The notes under the pieces: generated by a model
The model's input: the letters and a program-made list of their open reading frames with translations, nothing else
Told to the model about the DNA's origin: nothing
Databases searched by the model: none
Assembly: GCA_963783375.1 (NCBI GenBank)
Contig: CAWANH010000028.1
Coordinates: 928,001 to 992,000, forward strand
From: Candidatus Eiseniibacteriota bacterium
Lineage (GTDB): Bacteria > Eisenbacteria > RBG-16-71-46 > JABDJR01
Direction: 5' to 3'
Length of the DNA: 64,000 nucleotides
Position numbers and translations under genes: made by a program
In this document: in pieces, positions 44,628 to 53,786 of the stretch
Position numbering within the stretch: the stretch's first letter is position 1
Layout: each line of letters begins with the position of its first letter

Positions 44628-46229
44628 TTGAAGTCATTCGCGCGTTTTCTGATTTCGGCCCTGGCCGGGGTGTCGATCCTCGCCGCCGCGCCGCCGGCGC
44701 GAGCCCAAACCGGGAGCAGTGCTTCCACCGACACGTTGAGCGTGGTCGGTCGGTCCTCCTGGGAGGCCGGTTTCCTCTCCATCTTCAATTTCGACCGGGT
44801 TCCGGTGGGCGCGCGGATGACGTCCATGGGGGGGGCCGGGATGGCGCTGGCCGGCGGGCCGGAGTACATGAGCCTGAACCCCGCCGCGCTTCTGGGAGTG
44901 GAGCGGCCCCAGCTGGAGTCCTCGGCCGTTTTCTATTCGGGCGGCACCTCGATCCAGGCCTTCCCCGAACTTCTCGACATCGGGCGGGCCCAGTTCCTGC
45001 AGAGCAAGGACTACCGGGTGAGCCCGTCCACCAAGCTGAACTACAACAACCTCTCCCTGGGCCTGCCCATGGTGATTCTGGGCGGCCGGGGAGGGCTGGG
45101 ACTGACCTACCGGCGCGAAGCCCGGACCGGCGAGGGATCCGAAGTCCGCGCCGTCCTCAAGGGGCCGTTCGCCGCGGGCCAGGAAGTGAACTTCGGCCGG
45201 GGGGACAAACCCGACGACGGCGTGGACGCCATCAGCCTGGGGGCGGCGCGATCGTTCGGGGGTTCCTTCGACCTGGGACTCGCCCTGAACTGGCAGACCG
45301 GCACCCTGCATCGCTCCGAGTCGTACGGGCTCTCCCAGTTCGGATTCGAATTCCTGAACGGAGGCTACAACTTCAGCCAGGACGTCTCCGGCTTCAACGT
45401 CGACCTGGGGGGGCGCGCGCACCTGGGACGGCTGCTCCTGGCCGGATCGATCCAGACGGCCCACGACCTGAACTTCAAGAACGGGTTTGCGAGGGTGGTC
45501 CCGGTACCCAACGATCTCGTGGAAACCAAGATCCTCGCCTACACCACCCTTCTCGATCACACGCTCTCGATTCCCACCGTCCTGGGGTTCGGCTCGGCTC
45601 TGGATCTCAGCGATCGGCTGACCCTGGTCGGCGACTACTGGATCCGCCCCTGGAGCAAGGTGGACGTCACCCGCCAGGAGATCACTCCGGAGATCGGCTT
45701 CTCCAACCCGCAGGACTCCACCAGCTACTTCATCAAGCTCGCGAACGGCAGCGGGACGGAAACCTTCAGCGCGGGGTTGGGGGACGCCAACAGCCTTCGC
45801 CTGGGCCTGGAGTACGCTCTGCATCGCTCGGCCCGGGTCCAGATCCCGATTCGTTTCGGATACCGTACGGAAAAGCTGGCCCTCAGCAACACCGTGATCC
45901 CCGGGAGCTATCAGTACTACACCGCAATGATCCGACGCTATTTCGACGGTGACGCCGCGGTGGGAGATTCCCTCCTCTACGTGGCTGAATTCTCCAACCT
46001 GGCGTTCCGGGGGAGCCCGGTCAAGGCCTCCGCTATCACCTTCGGGCTCGGGGTGGATATCGACGATTTCAGCGCCTCCCTCTCGGTGGAGCGGAAGAGC
46101 TACGACATCAACAACTTCTACCTCTACGGGTTCAACCCCGATCCGAAATACAATGCGAGCTTCCCCGCGGTCACCTCCGAGACCCGGCACATCCTCACCA
46201 TCGGTCTCACCTCCCGCATGCGGTTCTGA
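44628..46229 (+). CDS. Outer-membrane beta-barrel, FadL/PorV-like
   Basis: GGAGG plus TTG start; signal APPARA; plug motif VGARMTSMGGAGMALA...NPAAL; RLGLEY, IRFGY; C-terminal LTSRMRF. Confidence 0.8.
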   Translation: MKSFARFLISALAGVSILAAAPPARAQTGSSASTDTLSVVGRSSWEAGFLSIFNFDRVPVGARMTSMGGAGMALAGGPEYMSLNPAALLGVERPQLESSAVFYSGGTSIQAFPELLDIGRAQFLQSKDYRVSPSTKLNYNNLSLGLPMVILGGRGGLGLTYRREARTGEGSEVRAVLKGPFAAGQEVNFGRGDKPDDGVDAISLGAARSFGGSFDLGLALNWQTGTLHRSESYGLSQFGFEFLNGGYNFSQDVSGFNVDLGGRAHLGRLLLAGSIQTAHDLNFKNGFARVVPVPNDLVETKILAYTTLLDHTLSIPTVLGFGSALDLSDRLTLVGDYWIRPWSKVDVTRQEITPEIGFSNPQDSTSYFIKLANGSGTETFSAGLGDANSLRLGLEYALHRSARVQIPIRFGYRTEKLALSNTVIPGSYQYYTAMIRRYFDGDAAVGDSLLYVAEFSNLAFRGSPVKASAITFGLGVDIDDFSASLSVERKSYDINNFYLYGFNPDPKYNASFPAVTSETRHILTIGLTSRMRF

Positions 46230-46329
46230 CCTTCGGTCACCAACCGGTCCCACGCTCCCGCGTCCCGCGCCGGGGCTCGGGCGAGCCGGACCCCGGGGAA
46301 CCGGTCCCCGCCCTGTCGAGCCGTGGGGC

Positions 46330-46357
46330 TAAAGCCGAGTTCCCATGAGGTCGAAAA
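46330..46357 (+). promoter_or_regulatory. Possible sigma28-like promoter
   Basis: TAAA-N16-GTCGAAAA upstream of the degenerate kinase gene. Confidence 0.35.
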
Positions 46358-46404
46358 CGACATCAGGCCACCCGCCCCGCCCCGGGATGGGGTGCCTAGC
46401 CTGT

Positions 46405-47538
46405 ATGTCTATGAAAGAAAACACCTTAACTACCACCCAGGATCAACCGCGGGCGGCCGGGCGCCCCGTCAGGGAGCGCGAGGACGTTTACCAGCGCCTC
46501 GCTCATCACGAGCGGAGCCTGTGGCTTACCACGATCGCCATCGTGATCATGAGCGCGGCCACCCTGGCCATCCTCACCGTGGGCAGCGCCATGGCCGGGG
46601 TCTTCGCCGGCCCCTCCCGGGGGTTCGTGCTGGCCGGGGCCAGCTTCCTCTTCCTGGGATTCTTCATCGCCTACATCGGGGCCCAGCGGGACACCATCGA
46701 GCAGAACCGGGTCCGCATCTTCCGGGAGCTGGAGAGCCGCTCCTACCAGCTGGTTCAAGCCAATCAGGCGCTCAAGGAGGCCATGCGGACCCGCGACATC
46801 TTCCTCAATACCGTGTCCCATGAGCTCAAGACCCCGCTCACCTGCATCATCGCCTATGCGGAGTACCTGGCCGAGGAGACCCTGGAGCCGGGGGAGGTGC
46901 GAGGCCATTCCCGCACCATTCACGGCGAGGGACGAAACCTTCTCCGCCTGATCGATCAGGTGATGGACGTGACCCGGTTCCGCTCCGGGACCATGGTGCT
47001 GGAGCGACAACCGCTGGACCTGAACCGGATGGTCGCCCGGCTGGTGGACCAGAGGGCGGAGGAGGCGCGGGCCCGGGGGATCGATCTGGCCGGGGAGTTC
47101 AGTCAGGAACCGCTGTGCGCGCGGCTCGACCCGGGACGCATGGAAGAAGCCTTGGGAGCTATTCTCCATCGTTCCATCACCGCCAGCCCGTCCGGGACGC
47201 GGGTGACCGTCCACTGTCGCTACCTGGATGGAGGATGGGCCGAGGTCAGGGTCGTCGACAGTTCGCCCCGGATGAGTGAGGCGGACCGCGAGGCCCTGTT
47301 CCAGCCCTTCGCCCAGATGGAGCCCGAACCCACCGGCCGGAGCGGCGACCTGGGACTCGCCTTCCCCCTGGTGAAGCGGTTCGTGGTGGCTCATGGAGGG
47401 ATCATCGAGGTGGCGGACCACCAACCCTCCGGACTCGTCTACCGCATCCAGCTTCCCTTGATCGCCGCTTCCGAGGCCTCGGCGGACGATGCGGACGCGC
47501 CGGACGGAGCCGACGTGCCCCTCGACCAGGCGAGCTGA
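46405..47538 (+). CDS. Membrane histidine kinase-like protein with degenerate ATP-binding motifs
   Basis: Two TMs; H-box FLNTVSHELKTPL intact; N-box ILHRSITAS, G1 VDSSPRM and G2 SGDLGLA are non-canonical. Start uncertain. Confidence 0.82.
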   Translation: MSMKENTLTTTQDQPRAAGRPVREREDVYQRLAHHERSLWLTTIAIVIMSAATLAILTVGSAMAGVFAGPSRGFVLAGASFLFLGFFIAYIGAQRDTIEQNRVRIFRELESRSYQLVQANQALKEAMRTRDIFLNTVSHELKTPLTCIIAYAEYLAEETLEPGEVRGHSRTIHGEGRNLLRLIDQVMDVTRFRSGTMVLERQPLDLNRMVARLVDQRAEEARARGIDLAGEFSQEPLCARLDPGRMEEALGAILHRSITASPSGTRVTVHCRYLDGGWAEVRVVDSSPRMSEADREALFQPFAQMEPEPTGRSGDLGLAFPLVKRFVVAHGGIIEVADHQPSGLVYRIQLPLIAASEASADDADAPDGADVPLDQAS

Positions 47539-47665
47539 TACCCCTCCGCCGTCAATCCGCCCCCCCGACCCCGACCTCGCCCCCCTGAGCCGGAAACAGC
47601 CGTTTTTAGTTGTGCGTCACGCAATCGTCACCCGATCCCCGCCCGGCGCCCGGCGACCCGTCTCA

Positions 47666-47713
47666 ATACTAGATATTGTGGCTTGCGGTACAATCAACTA
47701 CAGGAATTGGTGT
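47666..47713 (+). promoter_or_regulatory. NrdR boxes (one strong, one degenerate)
   Basis: ATACTAGATATTGTGG (47666-47681) matches acaCwAtATaTwGtgt; weaker CTACAGGAATTGGTGT 32 bp downstream; upstream of the ribonucleotide reductase gene. Confidence 0.75.
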
Positions 47714-47798
47714 TTTTCGCCTTGACGCTTGCCGGGGACCGGGCATAAACAGGTAGGCACCTCTTGACGTACCTTTTTTACTGGAGGGTGTACGACCT

Positions 47799-50645
47799 AT
47801 GGCCAAACGAACCAGCAAGACCAACCCCGAAGGCGGAGCCGCGCCGCGGCCGTCCGGGCGGCGTCGGAAGGGGGCCAACCTGGAGGGTGGCCTTCGTTTC
47901 GAGCGGCGCTTCACCCGGCCCGGCGTGGATCCCATGAGTGAGATCGAGTGGGAGACCCGCAACGCCCTGATCGTCAACGAGCGGGGCGAAACCGTCTTTG
48001 AACAGAAGAACGTGGAGATTCCCAAGCCCTGGTCCATGACCGCCACCAACGTGGTGGTCTCCAAGTACTTTCGGGGGAACCTGGGAACCCCCGAGCGCGA
48101 GCGCAGCGTCCGCCAGCTCCTCTCCCGGGTGGCGGACACGATCACCGGTTGGGGCGAGGATGGAGGGTACTTCGCCTCGACCGGGGACCGCGACGTCTTC
48201 CACGACGAGCTCATGCACCTGATGCTGAACCAGAAGATGGCCTTCAACAGCCCGGTGTGGTTCAACGTCGGCGTGGTGGAGAAGCCCCAGTGCTCGGCCT
48301 GCTTCATCAACTCGGTGGAAGACTCCATGGACTCGATCCTGGAGCTGGCCAAGACCGAGGGCATGCTCTTCAAGTGGGGGTCGGGGACCGGAAGCAACCT
48401 GTCCAAGATCCGCTCTTCCCGGGAGAAGCTCCGGGGGGGCGGCACCGCTTCGGGACCGGTCTCGTTCATGAAGGGCTACGACGCCTTCGCCGGGGTGATC
48501 AAGTCGGGGGGGAAGACCCGGCGCGCGGCCAAGATGGTGATCCTGGACGTGAAGCACCCCGACGTCATGGAGTTCATCCGCTCCAAGGAGGTCGAGGAGA
48601 AGAAGGCCTGGGCGCTGATCGAAGCGGGCTACGACGGCGGCTTCAACGTCCCCGGCGGGGCCTACGACTCGGTCTTCTATCAGAACGCCAACCACAGCGT
48701 GCGGGTGACCGACGAGTTCATGGACTCGGTGGAGCGGGACGGCGACTGGAGCACCCGGAGCGTGCTTGACGGAGACCCCACCGACACCTATCGGGCCCGG
48801 GACGTGCTTCGGGCCATCGCCGAAGCCACCCACGTCTGCGGCGATCCCGGCATGCAGTTCGACACCACGATCAATCGCTGGCACACCTGCAAGAACACCG
48901 ACCGCATCTACGCCTCGAACCCGTGCAGCGAGTACATGTTTCTTGACGACACCGCCTGCAACCTGGCGTCGTTGAACCTGAAGCAGTTCGTGGATCCCGG
49001 GGGGCGGTTCGACGTGGCCGGATTCGGGCACGCGGTGGACGTGACCATCACCGCCATGGAGATCCTGGTCGGGAGCGCTTCCTATCCCACCCCCAGGATC
49101 GCCGAGAACAGCCGCCGCTTCCGGCCCCTGGGCCTGGGCTACGCCAACCTGGGCGCCCTGCTCATGAGCTGGGGCATTCCCTACGACAGCGATCAGGGGC
49201 GGGCGGTGGCCGCCGCGCTCACCGCGCTCATGTGCGGCCAGGCGTATGCGACGTCGGCCCGGGTGGCCGCCCAGCTCGGTCCCTTCGATGATTACGGATC
49301 GAACGAGGCCCCCATGCTCGAGGTGATCGACATGCACCGCCGGGCGGTGGAGGACATCGACCCCAAGCCGGTTCCCGCCGAGATCCTGTCCGCGGCCCGC
49401 GAGTCCTGGACCCGCGCCCGGACCCTGGGCGGGGAGTACGGTTTCCGGAACAGCCAGGCCACCGTGCTCGCGCCCACCGGGACCATCGGGTTCCTCATGG
49501 ACTGCGACACCACCGGGGTGGAGCCGGAGCTGGCCCTGGTGAAGTACAAGAAGCTGGTGGGCGGCGGGGTGATGAAGATCGTGAACCAGACCGTGGAGTC
49601 CGCCCTGGAGCGGCTCGGCTACACTCCCGCCGAGCGGAGCCGGATTCTCGAGGCCATCGAGGAGACCGGGACCATCGAGGGGGCCCCGGGGTTGCGCGAC
49701 GAGCACCTGCCGGTCTTCGACTGTTCCTTCACCCCCGCCGGCGGCGCCCGCTCCATCCATTACACGGGGCATCTCCGGATGATGGCCGCGGTCCAGCCGT
49801 TCCTCTCCGGGGCCATTTCCAAGACCATCAACATGCCCTCCCCGGTCACCGTCGAGGAGATCACCGACGCCTACCTGGCCGCCTGGAAGCTGGGGCTGAA
49901 GGCGGTGGCGCTCTATCGCGACGGCTCCAAGCGCACCCAGCCCCTCTCCACCCGGAAGGACACGGGCAAGACGGCCGAGGCCTCGGCGGCCGGCGCTCCG
50001 GCCGACGTCACCCCTCGCGCCTATCGCCGGCGACTGCCCGACGAGCGGCAGGCCATCACCCACAAGTTCTCCATCGGCGGCCACGAAGGCTACCTCACGG
50101 TGGGGATGTACGAGGATGGGACCCCCGGCGAGATCTTCGTGGTGATGTCCAAGGAAGGGAGCGTGGTGAGCGGGCTCATGGACGGCTTCGCCACCGCCAT
50201 CTCCATGGCCCTCCAGTACGGGGTGCCCCTGCACGTCCTGGTCAACAAGTTCAGCCACATGCGCTTCGAGCCCTCCGGCTTCACCAACAACCAGGAAATC
50301 CCGATTGCAAAGTCGATCTTGGATTACATCTTCCGGTGGTTGGCCAGCCGGTTCCTCTCGGACGCCGATCAGGCCCAGGTGGGGATCCAGAAGCAGGACT
50401 GGGGAGCCGGGGAGACCGAGGAGGCGGCGCCCGGGACCGCCGGACCGGAGGCGGGAACCGCGCCCAACGGAAACGGACACGGGCAAATCGGTGGGAACGG
50501 GCACGTGAAGGGGGTGGGCGAGAGCACCTTCGCCTTCGTCCTGCAGGAAGACGCCCCACCGTGCCACGAATGCGGTACGATCATGGTCCGAGGCGGTTCC
50601 TGCTACAAGTGCCTGAACTGCGGAGCCACCAGCGGCTGCAGTTGA
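47799..50645 (+). CDS. nrdJ: Adenosylcobalamin-dependent (class II) ribonucleotide reductase with C-terminal TSCPD and zinc-ribbon domains
   Basis: FNSPVWFNVG, PQCSACFI, SGGKTRRAAKM, ASNPCSEY, ACNLAS, APTGTI, SGAISKTIN, YRDGSK, RRRLPDER, terminal CHECG..CYKCLNCGATSGCS. Confidence 0.96.
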   Translation: MAKRTSKTNPEGGAAPRPSGRRRKGANLEGGLRFERRFTRPGVDPMSEIEWETRNALIVNERGETVFEQKNVEIPKPWSMTATNVVVSKYFRGNLGTPERERSVRQLLSRVADTITGWGEDGGYFASTGDRDVFHDELMHLMLNQKMAFNSPVWFNVGVVEKPQCSACFINSVEDSMDSILELAKTEGMLFKWGSGTGSNLSKIRSSREKLRGGGTASGPVSFMKGYDAFAGVIKSGGKTRRAAKMVILDVKHPDVMEFIRSKEVEEKKAWALIEAGYDGGFNVPGGAYDSVFYQNANHSVRVTDEFMDSVERDGDWSTRSVLDGDPTDTYRARDVLRAIAEATHVCGDPGMQFDTTINRWHTCKNTDRIYASNPCSEYMFLDDTACNLASLNLKQFVDPGGRFDVAGFGHAVDVTITAMEILVGSASYPTPRIAENSRRFRPLGLGYANLGALLMSWGIPYDSDQGRAVAAALTALMCGQAYATSARVAAQLGPFDDYGSNEAPMLEVIDMHRRAVEDIDPKPVPAEILSAARESWTRARTLGGEYGFRNSQATVLAPTGTIGFLMDCDTTGVEPELALVKYKKLVGGGVMKIVNQTVESALERLGYTPAERSRILEAIEETGTIEGAPGLRDEHLPVFDCSFTPAGGARSIHYTGHLRMMAAVQPFLSGAISKTINMPSPVTVEEITDAYLAAWKLGLKAVALYRDGSKRTQPLSTRKDTGKTAEASAAGAPADVTPRAYRRRLPDERQAITHKFSIGGHEGYLTVGMYEDGTPGEIFVVMSKEGSVVSGLMDGFATAISMALQYGVPLHVLVNKFSHMRFEPSGFTNNQEIPIAKSILDYIFRWLASRFLSDADQAQVGIQKQDWGAGETEEAAPGTAGPEAGTAPNGNGHGQIGGNGHVKGVGESTFAFVLQEDAPPCHECGTIMVRGGSCYKCLNCGATSGCS

Positions 50646-50743
50646 GGCCATCGGGTTTCCGGACCGAGGACTTTCGGGTCATTGCGTAGCGGAAGCCCGC
50701 GACGATTGCGGAAGCGGAGGCCCCTTGAGCCCGCCTCTCGGGT

Positions 50744-53071
50744 TCAGGGGGCCGAAGCTTTGAGCCGGGAAGCGAGCTCCGGATCCCCGGTCCGCTCGAG
50801 CCCCTCGCGCCACGTCCGCCGGGCCTCCCGGTCCTTGCCTTCGGCGGCGAGGACGTCCCCCAGGGCGGCGTACCCCTCCCCAAGGTCCGGACGCCGCGCC
50901 ACCAGTTCCCGGAGGACGGTTTCGGCCTCGGCCCGCTCATCCAGGCGCATGGCCGCCTCCGCGGCATAGAGCGCCGGCCGCGGATCCCGGCGCTCCAGCT
51001 CCATCGCCCTTCGGAAGTAGCGCGCCGCCTCCTCCCACTTCCCCTCCCCGCGGAAGATCCTTCCCACGATGTACTGGGCGTCCCAGCGATCGGGGAGGAG
51101 GGCGGCGGCGCGAAGGAATCGCTTCCGCGCCTCGGCGGAACGGCCGAGGTCGGAGAGCGCCGTGGCGGCGGTGAGCTCCAGGTCGCCGTCGTCGGGATGG
51201 GCGTCGAGGCCTCGTTCCGCCACCTCGAGGGCCTCGGCGAGGTGGCCGGTCCGGCGGAGGAGCTCGGCCTGGAGGAGATCGTCGGCCGGGTTGCCCGGAT
51301 CCAGGTCCCGGGCCCGATCGATGGCCGCCCGGGCCCCGGTGGGACGGCCCGCCGCGGTGAGCCCCCCGGCCAGCTCCCGCCAGCGATCCGGGTTCCGGGG
51401 ATCCGCGCGGGCGGCCCGGCGGGCGAAGGCCTCCCCGGCCTCGGCGTTTCGGGCGAGGATCAGCCAGTTGGGTTCGGGGAGGGGCCTCGAGGTTCCCGCC
51501 GGGGCCCGTTCCGGCGCCGGTTTCCGCGCGAAGAATCCCCCCGCCCAGGTGGTGTCGAGGGCGGCGAAGCCGGCGCGGTAGGTCCAGAGGCTGTCGGCAT
51601 GGAGCCGGGGGAGGGTGAGATCGGGAGCCGGGGAGGGGGCGTAATGAGAATCCCAGAAGAGGAGCGCGCCGGGAGCGGCGTTGCCGACCCCGGCCAGGGC
51701 GGGAAATCGCGTCCGGTCGTGGGGGTCGGCGCCGAGGAAGTAGGCGAGAAGGGGGTGGGCGGCATACACCGGTGCCCCCGCTCCGGCGTCCCGAAGCCAC
51801 CCCGCCGCGGTCCCGACCGCCCGTTCCTCAGCGGTGGGGGCCAGATGGAGGGTCGGTCCGTGGTACCGCGCGAGCCCGGCGGCGGCCAGGGCCAGGACGA
51901 GGGCCGGCGCCCATCTTCGTCCCGCGACGGGAAGGGCGAAGAGCGCGAGCCAGAGGGCGGCCGCTCCGGCGGGAAGCCAGATGGCGCGGGTCAGGCGAAG
52001 GTAGTCCCCGAGGTAGGGGTGGTTCCAGAGGAGCACCGACCCCGCGGCGTAGAGGACGAGGGCGGCGGCGGCGGGAGAGCGTCGGGCGCGGAGCCGCTCG
52101 AGCCCCGCGGCGGCCAGGATCGCGGCGGCGGGGGCGGCCAGAGCGAGGTAGCGGAGGTTCCCCCCGGTGGCCGGCACCCCGCCGGCCAGGACGGTGTAGA
52201 TGGCCAGAAGCGCCAGGGCGGTGACCGCCGCCGCCGTCTCGGCCCGGGCGCGGAGATCGCCCCGGCTTCCCGGGAGCCGCCGGCCGGGGAAAACGCCGTC
52301 CCCGAGCCGCCCCAGGAGACCCAGAAGCACCGGGAACGATGCGCCGAGGCCCAGCACCCAGACCAGGCTCCTCACATAGTGGAGCGGCTCGCGGAGGGCG
52401 TAGGCCGGACCCTCGGTCTGGTGCAGGAGCCAGAGGGGGTCGGCATGGACCGCCCCCCCCAGGATCCCCCAGACGATCACGCCCAGGGGGAGGACCCCTC
52501 CGAGCCCCCGGCGACCGTCCCGCCAGAGGGAGATCCCCACCAGCGGCCAGAGCGCCACGGTCTCGGGACGAACCAGCGGAAGCAGGGCGCCGACCGCGGC
52601 CAGGAGCCCGGCGCGCCGTTCCGCCACCGCGAGGAGCCCGAAGGCCAGGAGCGCCGCGGCCAAAGGCTCGGTCATCACGGTCCCGGAGAGGGCGAGGTAG
52701 AAGGGCTGGACGAGGAGAAGGACCGGGACCCATCCGGCCCCGAGCCACCCCGCCCGGGTGACGAGGCGGGCGACCGCCCAGGCGGCGGTCCCGGTGGCCA
52801 GCGCGGCGGCGAGCCGGGCCCCCAGGAGGCCGGCCTGGGCCGGAAGCGCGTAGAAGAGGGTGGGGAGGGGGCGCCCGGCGAAGCTCAGGAGATCTCCGGG
52901 GTGGGCGAAGGCGAAGCGGGCGAGCAGGAAGTGCACCGCCTCCTCATCCCCGGCCAGCCCGCGGGCGGCCAGGGCGAGGACCGCGGCGACCAGGAAGGCG
53001 ATTGCGGCGGCGGCGGCCGGGATCGCGGGCCGGGACCCGGATCCGGGCACGGGTGGAGAGGGATCGATCAC
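50744..53071 (-). CDS. Multi-TM GT-C-like membrane protein fused to C-terminal TPR repeats
   Basis: TM1 then GDEEAVH, GRPLPT, MTEPL, VRPE, GNLRYL; periplasmic FWDSHY; about seven TPR-like repeats. Start uncertain (GTG 53071). Confidence 0.7.
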   Translation of the reverse strand: MIDPSPPVPGSGSRPAIPAAAAAIAFLVAAVLALAARGLAGDEEAVHFLLARFAFAHPGDLLSFAGRPLPTLFYALPAQAGLLGARLAAALATGTAAWAVARLVTRAGWLGAGWVPVLLLVQPFYLALSGTVMTEPLAAALLAFGLLAVAERRAGLLAAVGALLPLVRPETVALWPLVGISLWRDGRRGLGGVLPLGVIVWGILGGAVHADPLWLLHQTEGPAYALREPLHYVRSLVWVLGLGASFPVLLGLLGRLGDGVFPGRRLPGSRGDLRARAETAAAVTALALLAIYTVLAGGVPATGGNLRYLALAAPAAAILAAAGLERLRARRSPAAAALVLYAAGSVLLWNHPYLGDYLRLTRAIWLPAGAAALWLALFALPVAGRRWAPALVLALAAAGLARYHGPTLHLAPTAEERAVGTAAGWLRDAGAGAPVYAAHPLLAYFLGADPHDRTRFPALAGVGNAAPGALLFWDSHYAPSPAPDLTLPRLHADSLWTYRAGFAALDTTWAGGFFARKPAPERAPAGTSRPLPEPNWLILARNAEAGEAFARRAARADPRNPDRWRELAGGLTAAGRPTGARAAIDRARDLDPGNPADDLLQAELLRRTGHLAEALEVAERGLDAHPDDGDLELTAATALSDLGRSAEARKRFLRAAALLPDRWDAQYIVGRIFRGEGKWEEAARYFRRAMELERRDPRPALYAAEAAMRLDERAEAETVLRELVARRPDLGEGYAALGDVLAAEGKDREARRTWREGLERTGDPELASRLKASAP

Positions 53072-53288
53072 GGGGAGGATTGTAGCGAGCCCCGGCCCGG
53101 AGGTCACCGAGGCGGTTTCTCTCCGGACGGCGGGCGAATCCTGACCGGAGCGCTTCACCAATTGATAACCCAATGAACCAAAACAGATTAGAAAATCGTA
53201 CCAGGACATGAGTTCCGGGAGACGGCCTTGACGGGAGCTGTGCTAAACTCGACCCGAACCCCCAGGTTTCCAAGGTGGGAAAAACGAC

Positions 53289-53768
53289 ATGAACTTCTCG
53301 ATTACGCGTCGCGGCGACTACGGACTGATCTCCATTCTCTACCTGGCGCGGAAGAAGCCCGGTGAGCTGACCCAGATCCACGAGGTGGCCACCCATTGCC
53401 GGCTACCCGAACCGTTCCTGGCTCAAATCCTGCGCCTCCTGGTGCGGGGTGGGCTCGTGCAGTCGAAGAAGGGGGTCCGAGGCGGCTTCTCGCTGGCCCG
53501 CAAGCCCGAGGAAATCAGCTTCCTTGAGGTGCTGGAAGCTCTCGAGGGCCCGGTGGCGGTGAACCGCTGTCAGAGCCCGGTTGTGCACTGCGATCACGAG
53601 GGAAGCTGCGCCATGGAGTTCATCTGGACCCGCGCCCAGGACGCGCTGGTCAAGGTGCTCAGCGAATCGAATCTGACCGAGGCCTATTGCCCCGGCCATT
53701 TCCCGTTCGTTCCCGCGAGCGGCAAGCTTTCCGAATCGGCCGACGAGGAGATCACCGCCCGTTCCTGA
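53289..53768 (+). CDS. Rrf2 family transcriptional regulator (three-Cys Fe-S type)
   Basis: ITRRGDYGL, FLAQILRLLVRGGLVQSKKGVRGGFSLAR, ALEGP, C-x6-C-x5-C. Confidence 0.92.
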   Translation: MNFSITRRGDYGLISILYLARKKPGELTQIHEVATHCRLPEPFLAQILRLLVRGGLVQSKKGVRGGFSLARKPEEISFLEVLEALEGPVAVNRCQSPVVHCDHEGSCAMEFIWTRAQDALVKVLSESNLTEAYCPGHFPFVPASGKLSESADEEITARS

Positions 53769-53786
53769 TTCGGTCCTCGAGGCCGG

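Noticed and set aside
47540-47798. Cobalamin riboswitch upstream of B12-dependent nrdJ
   Set aside because: No B12-box elements recognised; the region is explained by NrdR boxes and a promoter.
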